Source: Selenomonas sp. | Lineage (GTDB): Bacteria > Bacillota > Negativicutes > Selenomonadales > Selenomonadaceae | Direction: 5' to 3' (one strand) | DNA: 64,000 nucleotides | Assembly: GCF_022773585.1 (NCBI RefSeq) | Contig: NZ_JALEZZ010000021.1 | Part shown: piece by piece, positions 16,952 to 25,821 of the stretch | Layout: every line of letters starts with the position of its first letter | How positions within the stretch are numbered: the first letter of the stretch is position 1 | Notes under the pieces: model-generated | Databases searched by the model: none | Seen by the model: the letters and a program-made list of their open reading frames with translations, nothing else | What the model was told of the DNA's origin: nothing | Program-made: the position numbers and the translations under genes

Positions 16952-18313
16952 TCACTCCGGCAGGATGTCCGTGATGCTCTCGTGCGCGAGCTCGATGGCT
17001 GTGCTGAGCTCGTCGCGCGTGATGTTGAGCGGCGGGTTGAAATAGAGAATGTCGCCGAGCGGGCGCAGGACGAGGCCGCGTTCGAGGGCTTTCTTGTAAA
17101 TCGCATAACCCGTGCGCTTCTTGGCGTCGAGCGGCTCCTTCATCGCAGGGTCTTTGACGAGCTCGATGGCATGAATCAGGCCGATGTGGCGGATCTCGCC
17201 GACATTCGGATGATGCGCAAACGCCTTTTGAAGCTCTGCCGTCAGCCACTTCGCGTTCTCGGCAGCCGTTTCGAGGATGTGCTGCTCCTTCATGATTTTC
17301 TGCACGGCGAGCGCGGCGGCGCAGCCAATCGGGTTGCCCGCGTACGTATGGCTGTGCGGGAACGCCTTGCCCTCGCCATAGTCGGCATAGAACGCGTCGT
17401 AGATTTCGTCGCTGACGCAGGTGACGGACATCGGCAGATAGCCGCCCGTCAAACCTTTCGAAATCGTCATGACGTCGGGCGAGATGCCTGCCTGCTCGCA
17501 GGCGAACATCGTGCCCGTGCGGCCGAAGCCCGTCGCGATTTCGTCCGCGATGAGCTTGACGTCGTACTTGTCGCAGAGAGCGCGGAGCTTCTTGAGGTAG
17601 AGCGGCGGATAGATGCGCATGCCCGCGCTGCCCTGCAAGAGCGGCTCGACAATCATCGCGGCCGTCTCGTGCGCATGCTCCGCGAACGCCTTTTCCGCAT
17701 GCTCGAAGCATTCGCACTGGCAGTGCTCGCGGTCTTTGCCATACGGGCAGCGATAGCAATCCGGCGCCTGGACGTGGATGTTGTCCATCATCATAGGCTG
17801 GTACATCTTGGCAAAGAGATCCATGCTGCCGACGGACAACGCGCCGATGGTCTCGCCGTGGTAGCCCTCCGTCAGGCACATGAAGCGCTGCTTCTCAGGC
17901 TTGCCCGTCTGATGGTAGAACTGGAAGCACATCTTGAGGGCAGCTTCGACGGACGACGAGCCATTGTCGTTGAAATGGAACTTGTTGATGCGGTCCGGCG
18001 TAATTTCCGCAAGGCGTTCGGCGAGCTCGATGGCCGGACGATGCGAGAAGTTCGCAAAGATGACGTGTTCGAGGCTGTCAAGCTGCTCCTTGATGGCCTC
18101 GTTGATTTCAGGATTGCAATGGCCGAGCAGGTTCGCCCACCACGAGCTCACGATGTCGAGATACTTCTTGCCGTGGATGTCATAGAGCCACGGCCCTTTC
18201 GCGTGGTCGATGACCATCGGCGGCAGCGTCTCGTAGTCCTTCATCTGCGAGCATGGATGCCAGATATGCGCGAGGTCGCGCTGTTCCCAAGATTCCTGCT
18301 GTTTTTCCGTCAT
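16952..18313 (-). CDS. bioA: Adenosylmethionine-8-amino-7-oxononanoate aminotransferase
   Basis: ...HIWHPCSQMKDYE..., class-III aminotransferase, co-linear with bioD. I prefer ATG 18313 (AAGGGGAGAG upstream). An alternative ATG at 18334 overlaps the bioD stop as ATGA. Confidence 0.9.
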   Translation of the reverse strand: MTEKQQESWEQRDLAHIWHPCSQMKDYETLPPMVIDHAKGPWLYDIHGKKYLDIVSSWWANLLGHCNPEINEAIKEQLDSLEHVIFANFSHRPAIELAERLAEITPDRINKFHFNDNGSSSVEAALKMCFQFYHQTGKPEKQRFMCLTEGYHGETIGALSVGSMDLFAKMYQPMMMDNIHVQAPDCYRCPYGKDREHCQCECFEHAEKAFAEHAHETAAMIVEPLLQGSAGMRIYPPLYLKKLRALCDKYDVKLIADEIATGFGRTGTMFACEQAGISPDVMTISKGLTGGYLPMSVTCVSDEIYDAFYADYGEGKAFPHSHTYAGNPIGCAAALAVQKIMKEQHILETAAENAKWLTAELQKAFAHHPNVGEIRHIGLIHAIELVKDPAMKEPLDAKKRTGYAIYKKALERGLVLRPLGDILYFNPPLNITRDELSTAIELAHESITDILPE

Positions 18314-18330
18314 TTCCGTTGCTCTCCCCT

Positions 18331-19017
18331 TCATTTATAAAGCGCCGCAAGCTTTTCTGCATCCATCGCGAGGTCCGTATCGCCCTTCTTCACATAGGCC
18401 ACGACATCGACGCCCGTGAGCTCTTTGACCATCACGGCATTGTCTTCCTCCATGAAATCGCTGGGATGGCTGTTGTTGAAGATGACACCAGCCACTGGAA
18501 TCTTGCGCATGCGCAGATGCTCGATCGTCAGCACGACCGCATTGATCGTACCGAGGCCCGCGTCCGCGATGACGAGCGTCGGCAGGCCGAGCTTTTTGGC
18601 GAGGTCGTCGAGGATGACGTGCTGCTTTTCATCCCACCGGAGCGGGCAGATGATGCCGCCGCTGCCCTCCATCGTGAGGAAGTCGTACTTTGCGAGCGCC
18701 CGCTGGTAGTCTTTTTCGACTTTTTCAAAATCAATGGGCTCGTTCGCACGGCGTGCCGCGAGGTGCGGCGAGACGGCTTCTTCGTAAATGTAGGAGACGA
18801 GGTTCGGGATCGTCTCGCCGATGTTCGCGACCTTGTTGACGTGGAGCGCGTCGCCCGGCAGCAGCGAACCATCCTCAGCCCGCACAGCTCCCGAAAGCGC
18901 CGCCTTGTAATAACCCGCGTTCTTGCCCGCATCGCGCAGGCATTTGACGATGAGCCCCGTCACATACGTCTTGCCGATGTCCGTGCCTGTGCCCGTGATG
19001 AAAAGACCTTTTCCCAT
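18331..19017 (-). CDS. bioD: Dethiobiotin synthase
   Basis: MGKGLFITGTGTDIGKTYVTG P-loop, 228 aa. Confidence 0.9.
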   Translation of the reverse strand: MGKGLFITGTGTDIGKTYVTGLIVKCLRDAGKNAGYYKAALSGAVRAEDGSLLPGDALHVNKVANIGETIPNLVSYIYEEAVSPHLAARRANEPIDFEKVEKDYQRALAKYDFLTMEGSGGIICPLRWDEKQHVILDDLAKKLGLPTLVIADAGLGTINAVVLTIEHLRMRKIPVAGVIFNNSHPSDFMEEDNAVMVKELTGVDVVAYVKKGDTDLAMDAEKLAALYK

Positions 19018-19066
19018 GAATGTCGCTTCTTTCTGTAAAGATGTTTTTATTGCTTTTGACGCCCGC

Positions 19067-19669
19067 TTATGCGCGATGCGCCGAAATGCCGCGCACCTGC
19101 TGCGCTTCGACCGCCGCCGGATGGAGCCAGATGCCCGCCGCCTTCAGACGCACGGCGAGGCCGGCCGCCGCAACGCAGAGCAGGAAGTCTGGCGGTGCCT
19201 GCAGGATGCCGCAGTAAAAGATGGCCGCCCAGAGCGCAATCGGCGCGTCGATGACGTAGTTCGAGAAGATGTAGAACCAGCTGATGCCGATCAGGTAGAC
19301 AATCGCCATGCCGCCGACGTTGACGAGCAGCAACGTCTTGAACGAAACGTGTGAGACGCGACGCGCGTACCGCCCGCAGAACCATGCCTGCAGCACGAAG
19401 CCGATGAGATAGCCGAACGTCGGCTGCAGCACATACGCCGGGCCGCCGCCCGAAGCGAAGACCGGCACGCCGACGAGGCCCAGGAGGATGTACGCCGCGA
19501 CGGCGACGGCGCCGAGCCGCGCACCGAGCAGGAGCCCCGCGAGCAGGGTGAAGAGGAATTGGAGCGTGTAGACGTCCGTCCCGACAGGGATGCGTACGAA
19601 CGTGCCGACTGTGATGAGTGCGATGAACAGCGCGCAGAGCACGAGTTCGCGCAGTTGCATGTTTTTCAT
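19067..19669 (-). CDS. bioY: Biotin transporter BioY (ECF S-component)
   Basis: 200 aa. ...TFVRIPVG..VYTLQFLFTLLAGLLLG...GVPVFASGGGPAYVLQPTFGYLIGF... Confidence 0.9.
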   Translation of the reverse strand: MKNMQLRELVLCALFIALITVGTFVRIPVGTDVYTLQFLFTLLAGLLLGARLGAVAVAAYILLGLVGVPVFASGGGPAYVLQPTFGYLIGFVLQAWFCGRYARRVSHVSFKTLLLVNVGGMAIVYLIGISWFYIFSNYVIDAPIALWAAIFYCGILQAPPDFLLCVAAAGLAVRLKAAGIWLHPAAVEAQQVRGISAHRA

Positions 19670-19702
19670 TGGATATTTCTCTCCTTTCGTATCACTTCTG
19701 TT

Positions 19703-19755
19703 ATGATACGCTTAAGCGAGTAGATTGTCAACCTATAAATTTTTATTGGTTAACT
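19703..19755 (-). promoter_or_regulatory. bioY-bioD-bioA promoter with an overlapping BirA operator
   Basis: Minus strand: TTGACA (19726-19731) - 17 nt - TATCAT (19703-19708). Inverted repeat TGTCAACC-N14-GGTTAACT (19726-19755) resembles the Firmicute BirA box and covers the -35. Confidence 0.7.
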
Positions 19756-19763
19756 TGATGGAC

Positions 19764-19804
19764 AAAAAAAGAACTGCTGCTGAATCCAGCAACAGTTCTT
19801 TTTC
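19764..19804. terminator. Bidirectional intrinsic terminator
   Basis: A7 - AAGAACTGCTGCTG - AATC - CAGCAACAGTTCTT - TTTT. Confidence 0.75.
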
Positions 19805-19840
19805 GCACCCGCGGAAGTTGCGCCGTGCATATTGATGCGT

Positions 19841-20240
19841 CATACAGGGGACTGCCGACTCTGTCGGCATAAGCGAACTCTAAGCGCTAAAGCGCTAAGA
19901 GCCTGCTTATCCCCCCGCCCTTCGGGCCCGTTCCCCCTCTGAGAGGGCAATGTCATTAAGTTAAGGAATTCGATGTGCGTTGGCGCCCTCTGAGAGGGAG
20001 CTGTCAGCCGAATGGCTGACTGAGGGAGTCTCACAAGATGGGCGTGTGAGATATACGATTGGCATCTTACGCGGGCATCGAAGAGTCTGCGAAGCCCGCA
20101 TAAGCTACAATCATGCATTCCATATGACGTGCTTGTGAGACTCCCTCCGCCCTTCGGGCACCTCCCTCTGAGAGGGAGGCTTTCAAATTCGATGTGTTCC
20201 TGCTTAACTTAATGACATTGTCTGAGAGGGGGGCTTCCAA
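19841..20240. repeat. Composite nested palindrome built from REP-like GC-rich hairpin units
   Basis: Outer IR 19933-19965 / 20203-20233 (..CAATGTCATTAAGTTAAG). Inner perfect 16-bp IR GAGGGAGTCTCACAAG 20022-20037 / 20132-20147. Central hairpin 20066-20076 / 20094-20104. All are centred at about 20084. Confidence 0.75.
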
Positions 20241-20245
20241 AGAGT

Positions 20246-20752
20246 TCAGAACTTCAGTGTCACGCCGACGCCGATGCCGTCTTCGTGATGGCCTTCGTCC
20301 GGCTTGAAGTTGTGATAGTTGAGGTTCGCATCGAGATTCGCGATGATGTTCTTGTTGATGCCGACCTGCGTCTCGTTGAAATCTTTGCCAGCGGCATACG
20401 ACGCATAGGCATCAAAGCCGAAAATCTTCGGCGTGCTGATGGATGCGCCGATGAAGGCGTTGCTCTTGTCGCCCGGCAGATTCCAGCGGTAGCCGCCGAT
20501 GGCCTTGACCTCGGAGCCGATGATGTCGTACTGCAGGTACGCGGCATCCTGGTTGTCGTACTCGTCGCGGTCCATGTATTCGTAGCCGACGGTCGCCTTG
20601 TTCGTGACCTTGTGTTCGACATAAGCACCTTTCGTATTCGCACCGATGGCAGTCTCATGCGCCGCCATCTGGTTGACCGGTGCAGCCATTGCTGACGTGC
20701 CAAGGAAACTGGCGGCCAGCGCAAGGCCTGCAATGCGTTTCAGATGTTTCAT
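20246..20752 (-). CDS. Small outer-membrane beta-barrel protein
   Basis: ATG at 20752 after GGAGGG. Signal peptide MKHLKRIAGLALAASFLGTSAMA, alternating-hydrophobic strands, C-terminal ...GVGVTLKF (terminal Phe). Confidence 0.6.
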   Translation of the reverse strand: MKHLKRIAGLALAASFLGTSAMAAPVNQMAAHETAIGANTKGAYVEHKVTNKATVGYEYMDRDEYDNQDAAYLQYDIIGSEVKAIGGYRWNLPGDKSNAFIGASISTPKIFGFDAYASYAAGKDFNETQVGINKNIIANLDANLNYHNFKPDEGHHEDGIGVGVTLKF

Positions 20753-20851
20753 GATGGGGTCCCTCCAAGTTCTCTCAAAAGCACTTATCTTCTTTTCTGT
20801 CCTCATTGTAACAGAAAAGGCTTAGAAGCGCAAAGGAGGAGTCATGGGGCT

Positions 20852-21349
20852 TCAGTCCCTGTCACGAAGCTTGTCTTCTGAGAGCAGCGACTCGAGGCGG
20901 CCGACCGTCATCTCTTCGTCAGAGTAAACCTTGATGCCGTGCGCCTCGAGGAGCGCCGCGCAGACGCCCATGCCCTTCATCGTCTTGCCGTCGAACTTGC
21001 CCGTATGGACGAAATGCGTGCCGCACGACGGGCTGCGCTCCTTGAGGATGGCGACGCGCACATGGTACGCCTTCGCAATCTTCAGCACTTTTTCCGCGCC
21101 CGCGATGAGGTACTCCGTCGTGTCCTGCCCGTTCTTGTCGAGTGCGCGCCCCTTGCCCGCAAGGACTTTCTCTCCCGTCGTGCGCTGGAGCTCCATCGGC
21201 GGCCGCGGAATCGGCAGCATGGCAAAGCACTCCGGACAGACAGCGAGAAAGCGCCCACGCTCGTTGTACTTCATGAGAAGATCATTCGTCTTGACGCCGC
21301 CATCGAAGCGCACCCGGTGCCCGACGAGGCAGCCACTGATCAAAATCAT
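20852..21349 (-). CDS. DUF523 family protein (TudS/YbbK-like, putative [4Fe-4S] desulfurase fold)
   Basis: MILISGCLVGHRVRFDGG... and ...KERSPSCG are the conserved Cys motifs of DUF523. Confidence 0.75.
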   Translation of the reverse strand: MILISGCLVGHRVRFDGGVKTNDLLMKYNERGRFLAVCPECFAMLPIPRPPMELQRTTGEKVLAGKGRALDKNGQDTTEYLIAGAEKVLKIAKAYHVRVAILKERSPSCGTHFVHTGKFDGKTMKGMGVCAALLEAHGIKVYSDEEMTVGRLESLLSEDKLRDRD

Positions 21350-21402
21350 AGGAACATCTTCTTTCTGACGTCTCACGTCATGACATCCTTGCCCAAAACT
21401 TT

Positions 21403-21966
21403 TCAGCGCTGGCCAAACTTCTGGACGCACACGCCGAGCCCTTTTGCAAGCGCCGAGAAATCCTCGACCCCCACGGCCCGCCCCGCATAAATCGGGATAG
21501 CCGCGCATGTCTTCGCATCGTCAAGTGCATTGTGATGATGAAACCGGATGTGGAGGAATGCGCCGACCGTGCCGAGCTTGTGGTTGGAGAGCTCCGGCCA
21601 GACCTTGCGCGAAATCGCGACGGTGTCGCAGTAAGAAAAGGCTGGCGCACGCAGTCCCTGCCGTGCAAGGCAGGCCGCGAGCACGCCCATATCAAAGCGC
21701 GCGTTGTGCGCGACGACGATGCGGCCCGCAAGATGCTCCGAGAGCTCCGGCCAGATGGCCGCAAAATCCGGCGCGTCCGCCGTGTCCTCGCGCGTGATGC
21801 CGTGAATCTTCGTGTTGAACCAGTGGTAGGCGTTGCCTGGCGGCTGGATCAGCGAATAGTAAGAATCCACGAGCTTCCCGCCGCGGATCTCGACGACGGC
21901 GACGCTGCACGCCGAATCGCGCTTTGCCGTGGCCGTCTCGAAGTCGATGGCCGCAAAATCCATCAT
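21403..21966 (-). CDS. DnaQ-like 3'-5' exonuclease (DEDDh)
   Basis: AIDFETA (ExoI), VAHNARFDMGVL (ExoII), HHHNALDDAKTCA (ExoIII). Confidence 0.85.
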   Translation of the reverse strand: MMDFAAIDFETATAKRDSACSVAVVEIRGGKLVDSYYSLIQPPGNAYHWFNTKIHGITREDTADAPDFAAIWPELSEHLAGRIVVAHNARFDMGVLAACLARQGLRAPAFSYCDTVAISRKVWPELSNHKLGTVGAFLHIRFHHHNALDDAKTCAAIPIYAGRAVGVEDFSALAKGLGVCVQKFGQR

Positions 21967-21970
21967 GCTC

Positions 21971-23380
21971 TTATGCCTGCGCTTTCTTCTGCTTGAGGTA
22001 TTCGTCGATAGCGGCAGCTGCCTTGCGGCCCGCGCCCATCGCGAGGATGACCGTCGCGGCGCCCGTCACGATGTCGCCGCCCGCGAAAACGCCGGGCTTC
22101 GACGTTGCGCCCGTCTCTTCATCAGCCGCGATGTTGCCGCGCTTCGTTGTCTCGAGGCCCGGCGTCGTATGCGCGATGATCGGGTTCGGGCCCGTGCCGA
22201 TGGCGACGATGACCGTATCGACGTCGATGTCGAACTCCGAGCCCTCGATGGGCACAGGGCGGCGGCGGCCAGACGCATCCGGCTCGCCGAGCTCCATGCG
22301 GATGCAGCGCATCGACTTCACCCAGCCTTCGCCATTGTCCTCGATGGCCACAGGGTTCGTCAGCAGCTGGAAGTCGATGCCCTCTTCCTTTGCATGCTCG
22401 ACTTCCTCGGCGCGCGCCGGGAGTTCCGCCGCACTGCGGCGATAGACGATGGAGACATGCTCCGCGCCGAGGCGCAGCGCCGTGCGCGCCGCATCCATCG
22501 CAACGTTGCCGCCGCCGATGATGGCCGCGCGCTTGCCGACCTTGATTGGCGTCGCATACTCTGGGAACTTGTACGCCTTCATGAGGTTGCAGCGCGTCAG
22601 GAATTCATTCGCGGAGTAGACGCCATTGAGGCTCTCGCCCGGGATGTTCTGGAAGCGCGGCAGGCCGGCACCCGTGCCGATGAACACGGCGTCAAAGCCC
22701 TCTTCGTTCATGAGCTCGTCCACCGTGTAGAGGCGGCCAGCGACCGAGTCGAGCTCGATCTTGACACCGAGCGCCTTGATGTTTTCGATTTCCTTCTGCA
22801 CGACGCGGTCTTTCGGCAGACGGAACTCCGGGATGCCGTAGGACAGAACGCCGCCCGCTTTGTGCAGCGCCTCGAAAATCGTGACCTTGTAGCCTTTCTT
22901 CGCGAGGTCGCCCGCGCAGGCAAGACCGGAAGGGCCCGAGCCGATGACGGCGACAGACTGCGCGTCCGGCGCGACTTCCGGCTTCTCGATTTTCTCGCCC
23001 TTTTCGAGTGCACGATCGGCGACGAAGCGCTCGAGGCGGCCGATGCCGACGGACTCGCCCCTCTTGCCAAGGATGCAGAACTTCTCGCACTGGTTCTCCT
23101 GCGGGCAGACGCGGCCGCAGACGGCAGGCAGAGAGTTCGACTCCTTGATTTTCGCGACGGCGCCGTCATAGTCGCGCTCTTTGATTTTTGCGATGAACTC
23201 CGGAATGTCAATCGAGACCGGGCAGCCCTTGCGGCACTGCGGCACCTTGCAGTGCAGGCAGCGCTCCGCCTCTGCGACGGCCGTCTCCTCGTCATAGCCG
23301 AGCGCGACCTCGTCGAAATTATGTGCGCGGACCTTCGCGTCCTGCACGGGCATTGGATGTTTTTTCAGTGAAAGCGCCAT
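21971..23380 (-). CDS. nfnB: NfnB/GltA/SudA-type NADPH-dependent oxidoreductase large subunit (2x[4Fe-4S] plus FAD/NADPH)
   Basis: 469 aa. ...CLHCKVPQCRKGCPVSIDIPEFI...AVCGRVCPQENQCE..., then VAVIGSGPSGLACAGDLA. Confidence 0.75.
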   Translation of the reverse strand: MALSLKKHPMPVQDAKVRAHNFDEVALGYDEETAVAEAERCLHCKVPQCRKGCPVSIDIPEFIAKIKERDYDGAVAKIKESNSLPAVCGRVCPQENQCEKFCILGKRGESVGIGRLERFVADRALEKGEKIEKPEVAPDAQSVAVIGSGPSGLACAGDLAKKGYKVTIFEALHKAGGVLSYGIPEFRLPKDRVVQKEIENIKALGVKIELDSVAGRLYTVDELMNEEGFDAVFIGTGAGLPRFQNIPGESLNGVYSANEFLTRCNLMKAYKFPEYATPIKVGKRAAIIGGGNVAMDAARTALRLGAEHVSIVYRRSAAELPARAEEVEHAKEEGIDFQLLTNPVAIEDNGEGWVKSMRCIRMELGEPDASGRRRPVPIEGSEFDIDVDTVIVAIGTGPNPIIAHTTPGLETTKRGNIAADEETGATSKPGVFAGGDIVTGAATVILAMGAGRKAAAAIDEYLKQKKAQA

Positions 23381-23381
23381 G

Positions 23382-24224
23382 TCAGTTCCTCCCCAGGCCG
23401 ATCTTGCAGACGTGATCCTTTTCCTCGGCCTCCAGATCGCGATACATGCGCTGGCGGCTCATGAGGCCTTTGAAATCGACGAGATGGCCGTCGAACTCCG
23501 GGCCGTCGACGCAGGCGAACTTCGTCTCGTCGCCGACCGTCACGCGGCAGCCGCCGCACATGCCCGTGCCATCGACCATGATCGGATTCAGCGACACGAC
23601 CGTCTTGATGCCGAGATCACGCGTCGCATCTGCCACGCTCTTCATCATGATGACGGGGCCAATCGCCGTGATCTGCGCAATCTTTTCGCCGCGGTCGACG
23701 AGCGCCTGCACGGCATTCGTCACGAAGCCCTTGATGCCGCGCGAACCATCATCCGTCGTCACGACGATTTCGTCCGTGACCTCTTTCATCTCATCCTCCA
23801 TGATGAGGATGTCCTTCGTCTTCGCGCCCATGATTGCGATGACCTTGTTGCCAGCTTCCTTCATCGCGCGCGCAATCGGGAACGTCGGCGCGACGCCGAT
23901 GCCGCCGCCGACAACGACCATCGTGCCATCGAGCTTTGCGATTTCCGACGGACGGCCGAGCGGGCCGACGAAATCGAGGATGTCATCGCCCTCTTTGAGC
24001 GCCGCAAGCTCCATCGTCGATGCGCCGATGACCTGGAACACGATGAGGATGCGCCCCGTCTTGCGGTCGAAATTTGCAATCGTCAGAGGAATGCGCTCGC
24101 CCTCTTCATTGACGCGCAGCACGATGAACTGCCCCGGCTCCGCCTTCTTCGCCACGCGCGGAGCGTCAATCTCCATCGCGTAGACATTCGGCGAAAGCTC
24201 TTCTTTCTTCAAGATCTTGAACAT
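23382..24224 (-). CDS. nfnA: NfnA/SudB-type ferredoxin-NADP reductase-like small subunit
   Basis: 280 aa. FNR-like ...PGQFIVLR...GGGIGVAP... with a C-terminal MVDGTGMCGGCRV [2Fe-2S] motif. 1-nt gap to nfnB. Confidence 0.75.
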   Translation of the reverse strand: MFKILKKEELSPNVYAMEIDAPRVAKKAEPGQFIVLRVNEEGERIPLTIANFDRKTGRILIVFQVIGASTMELAALKEGDDILDFVGPLGRPSEIAKLDGTMVVVGGGIGVAPTFPIARAMKEAGNKVIAIMGAKTKDILIMEDEMKEVTDEIVVTTDDGSRGIKGFVTNAVQALVDRGEKIAQITAIGPVIMMKSVADATRDLGIKTVVSLNPIMVDGTGMCGGCRVTVGDETKFACVDGPEFDGHLVDFKGLMSRQRMYRDLEAEEKDHVCKIGLGRN

Positions 24225-24259
24225 ATGGCTTTCTCCCCTATCATATTTTCAGTGAACAT

Positions 24260-25012
24260 TTATTGAAAGACGCCCTCGAGGTATGCCTCGAGATTCGTCT
24301 TGATGGGCATGACATAGAGGCTCGCGTCGCGCTCGTCCGCGAACTGCAGTACCTCGCGCGTGAACTGGATGCTCCAATCGAGCGTCGGCGCAAAGTCTTT
24401 CGGGAACACGACCTTGTTCTTGCGCTCCCAATAGCTCTGCGAGCGGTCGGAAAGGACAGGTGAAACACCCCAATAGACATCCTGAACGCCGAGACTTTCG
24501 AACATGTCCGCGTAGATGCCGACGAGGCGCATGTCGAAAAACGGCTGCGTGAAGAAGCCCGCCGCGCCCGACTGCAGCTTGCGCTCGATGCGGTAGAGCT
24601 CCTTGCTCATCGAGCCGCGATACTGGTCGATGCCCGCATACGTCTTGACCTCGGGCATCTCCTCATGGAATTTCCGCAGCACGTCCGTCGTCGTCGTCGG
24701 ATAGACCTTGTGGCGCATGTCCTGCGGCGGGTCACCCTCTACTACGAGCACCTCGCGGATGTCGTGCGCGCGCAGATACTCCTTCATCGGGAGCGGCTGC
24801 GTGAGATCGATGTCCATCGCGCGGATGTGCGGCATGACGGCCGGAAAATACTCCTGCGCAATCGCCGCACCCTCCCAGCTCCGCACGGGGAGCCGCAGGA
24901 GGTCGGGCACATTGATGACATCGGCACACCCTGCCTTCGCCTTCGCGATGGCGAGCTGTTCGCGCAGATTCTCCTCATCGCGCGGCACGAGTTCGACGGA
25001 AATTCTCTTCAT
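24260..25012 (-). CDS. Methylenetetrahydrofolate reductase (short MetF-like)
   Basis: ATG at 25012 after GGAGGTG. MKRISVELVPRD..., ...GAAGFFTQPFFD... is typical of the MTHFR TIM barrel. Confidence 0.7.
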   Translation of the reverse strand: MKRISVELVPRDEENLREQLAIAKAKAGCADVINVPDLLRLPVRSWEGAAIAQEYFPAVMPHIRAMDIDLTQPLPMKEYLRAHDIREVLVVEGDPPQDMRHKVYPTTTTDVLRKFHEEMPEVKTYAGIDQYRGSMSKELYRIERKLQSGAAGFFTQPFFDMRLVGIYADMFESLGVQDVYWGVSPVLSDRSQSYWERKNKVVFPKDFAPTLDWSIQFTREVLQFADERDASLYVMPIKTNLEAYLEGVFQ

Positions 25013-25105
25013 ATAATAGGCACCTCCACAAGATGATAAGTTGACAAGTTGACATATCACCTATTGTAGATGGTTTTTCGCAATTTGGCAAGGATGCACA
25101 GCCGT

Positions 25106-25756
25106 TCAGTGATTGGAAAGCTGGAGAACAAGCGTCCCGCCATCGCCTGCGAGCGTCACGCTGTCGTCGCCGATGGCCGCGACCGTATAACCGCCGACCG
25201 TCTCGCCCTCCGCGACGAGATGGCTCTTCCCGCCCACGCGGATGACGGCGAGCGTCTGGCCATTGCCGCTCGCAACGCCCTTGAGCACCAGCGCCGGTGC
25301 CGGCGGCTCGGCCGCAGACGCATCTTCCACGACGGAAGCACGGCTCGGAGCCTTCGGCAGAGCGTTTTTAGGGGAATCGGCTGCTTTCGCAGCATCCGGC
25401 GTCCCAGCGGCCTGCGGCTGCTTTTCCTTCAGGGGCGCAGGCGCTGCTGCCATCTGTTCGCGCGTCTCGTGGAGCATCGAGAAAGGATTCCGGAGCTCGC
25501 CCGTCGCTTCCGCCTCGTCCACGCCCTTCACTTCGAGGCGCGACGGGCTGTTCTGCTTTGCATCGGCAGGCGCGGAGCTCGGCGGCTGCTTCAGCGCCAG
25601 CCGCTCATCATCCACGTTTTCCCAGAGAAACAGCGCGGCCGCGAAACAGAGCAGCAGTGCCAGAGCCCCGACCTCCGCCGCCTGCTTCGGCTGCTCCCGG
25701 CAGAACGCCCGGAGCCTCTGCCCCAGCTCCTCGAGCACGCGCCGCAGCTCCTCCAT
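25106..25756 (-). CDS. Hypothetical single-pass membrane protein with a Pro/Ala-rich linker and a PilP/GspC-like C-terminal beta domain
   Basis: TM segment GALALLLCFAAALFLW. The C-terminus LVLKGVASGNGQTLAVIRVGGKSHLVAEGETVGGYTVAAIGDDSVTL resembles the PilP/GspC HR-domain pattern (weak). Confidence 0.4.
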   Translation of the reverse strand: MEELRRVLEELGQRLRAFCREQPKQAAEVGALALLLCFAAALFLWENVDDERLALKQPPSSAPADAKQNSPSRLEVKGVDEAEATGELRNPFSMLHETREQMAAAPAPLKEKQPQAAGTPDAAKAADSPKNALPKAPSRASVVEDASAAEPPAPALVLKGVASGNGQTLAVIRVGGKSHLVAEGETVGGYTVAAIGDDSVTLAGDGGTLVLQLSNH

Positions 25757-25821
25757 CCGCCCCGTCTCCCTTCATTATCATTGTCCTCGTGTATTATATC
25801 ATTTTTCGCGTAAATTGTCTC

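Noticed and set aside
16370-18340. 656-aa plus-strand ORF. The same pattern applies to 7593..8822, 9014..9952, 13625..14680, 21929..23371, 23379..24266, 27891..30953, 34143..35873, 35948..38203, 37807..39294, 42904..45096, 46133..47248, 47958..49055, 49055..50482, 50445..51875, 53946..54911, 59261..61507 and 61875..63020.
   Set aside because: All are mirror-strand ORFs of confidently identified genes (bioA, helicase, fhs, folD/UbiA/UbiD, copA, P-type ATPase, trpS and others). Their translations are dominated by R, A, D, H, L and E with no recognisable motifs. This is an artefact of high GC3.
19840-20118. 92-aa minus-strand ORF inside the repeat palindrome.
   Set aside because: It is composed entirely of REP-like repeat units. 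It has no SD and the reading frame is not preserved between repeat copies.
25106-25756. The PilP/GspC-like protein as evidence for a type IV pilus or T2SS cluster.
   Set aside because: I saw only a weak C-terminal pattern match, with no pilM/N/O/Q or gsp genes nearby. The IS lies about 66 nt upstream, so any former cluster context is lost. I kept it as hypothetical.
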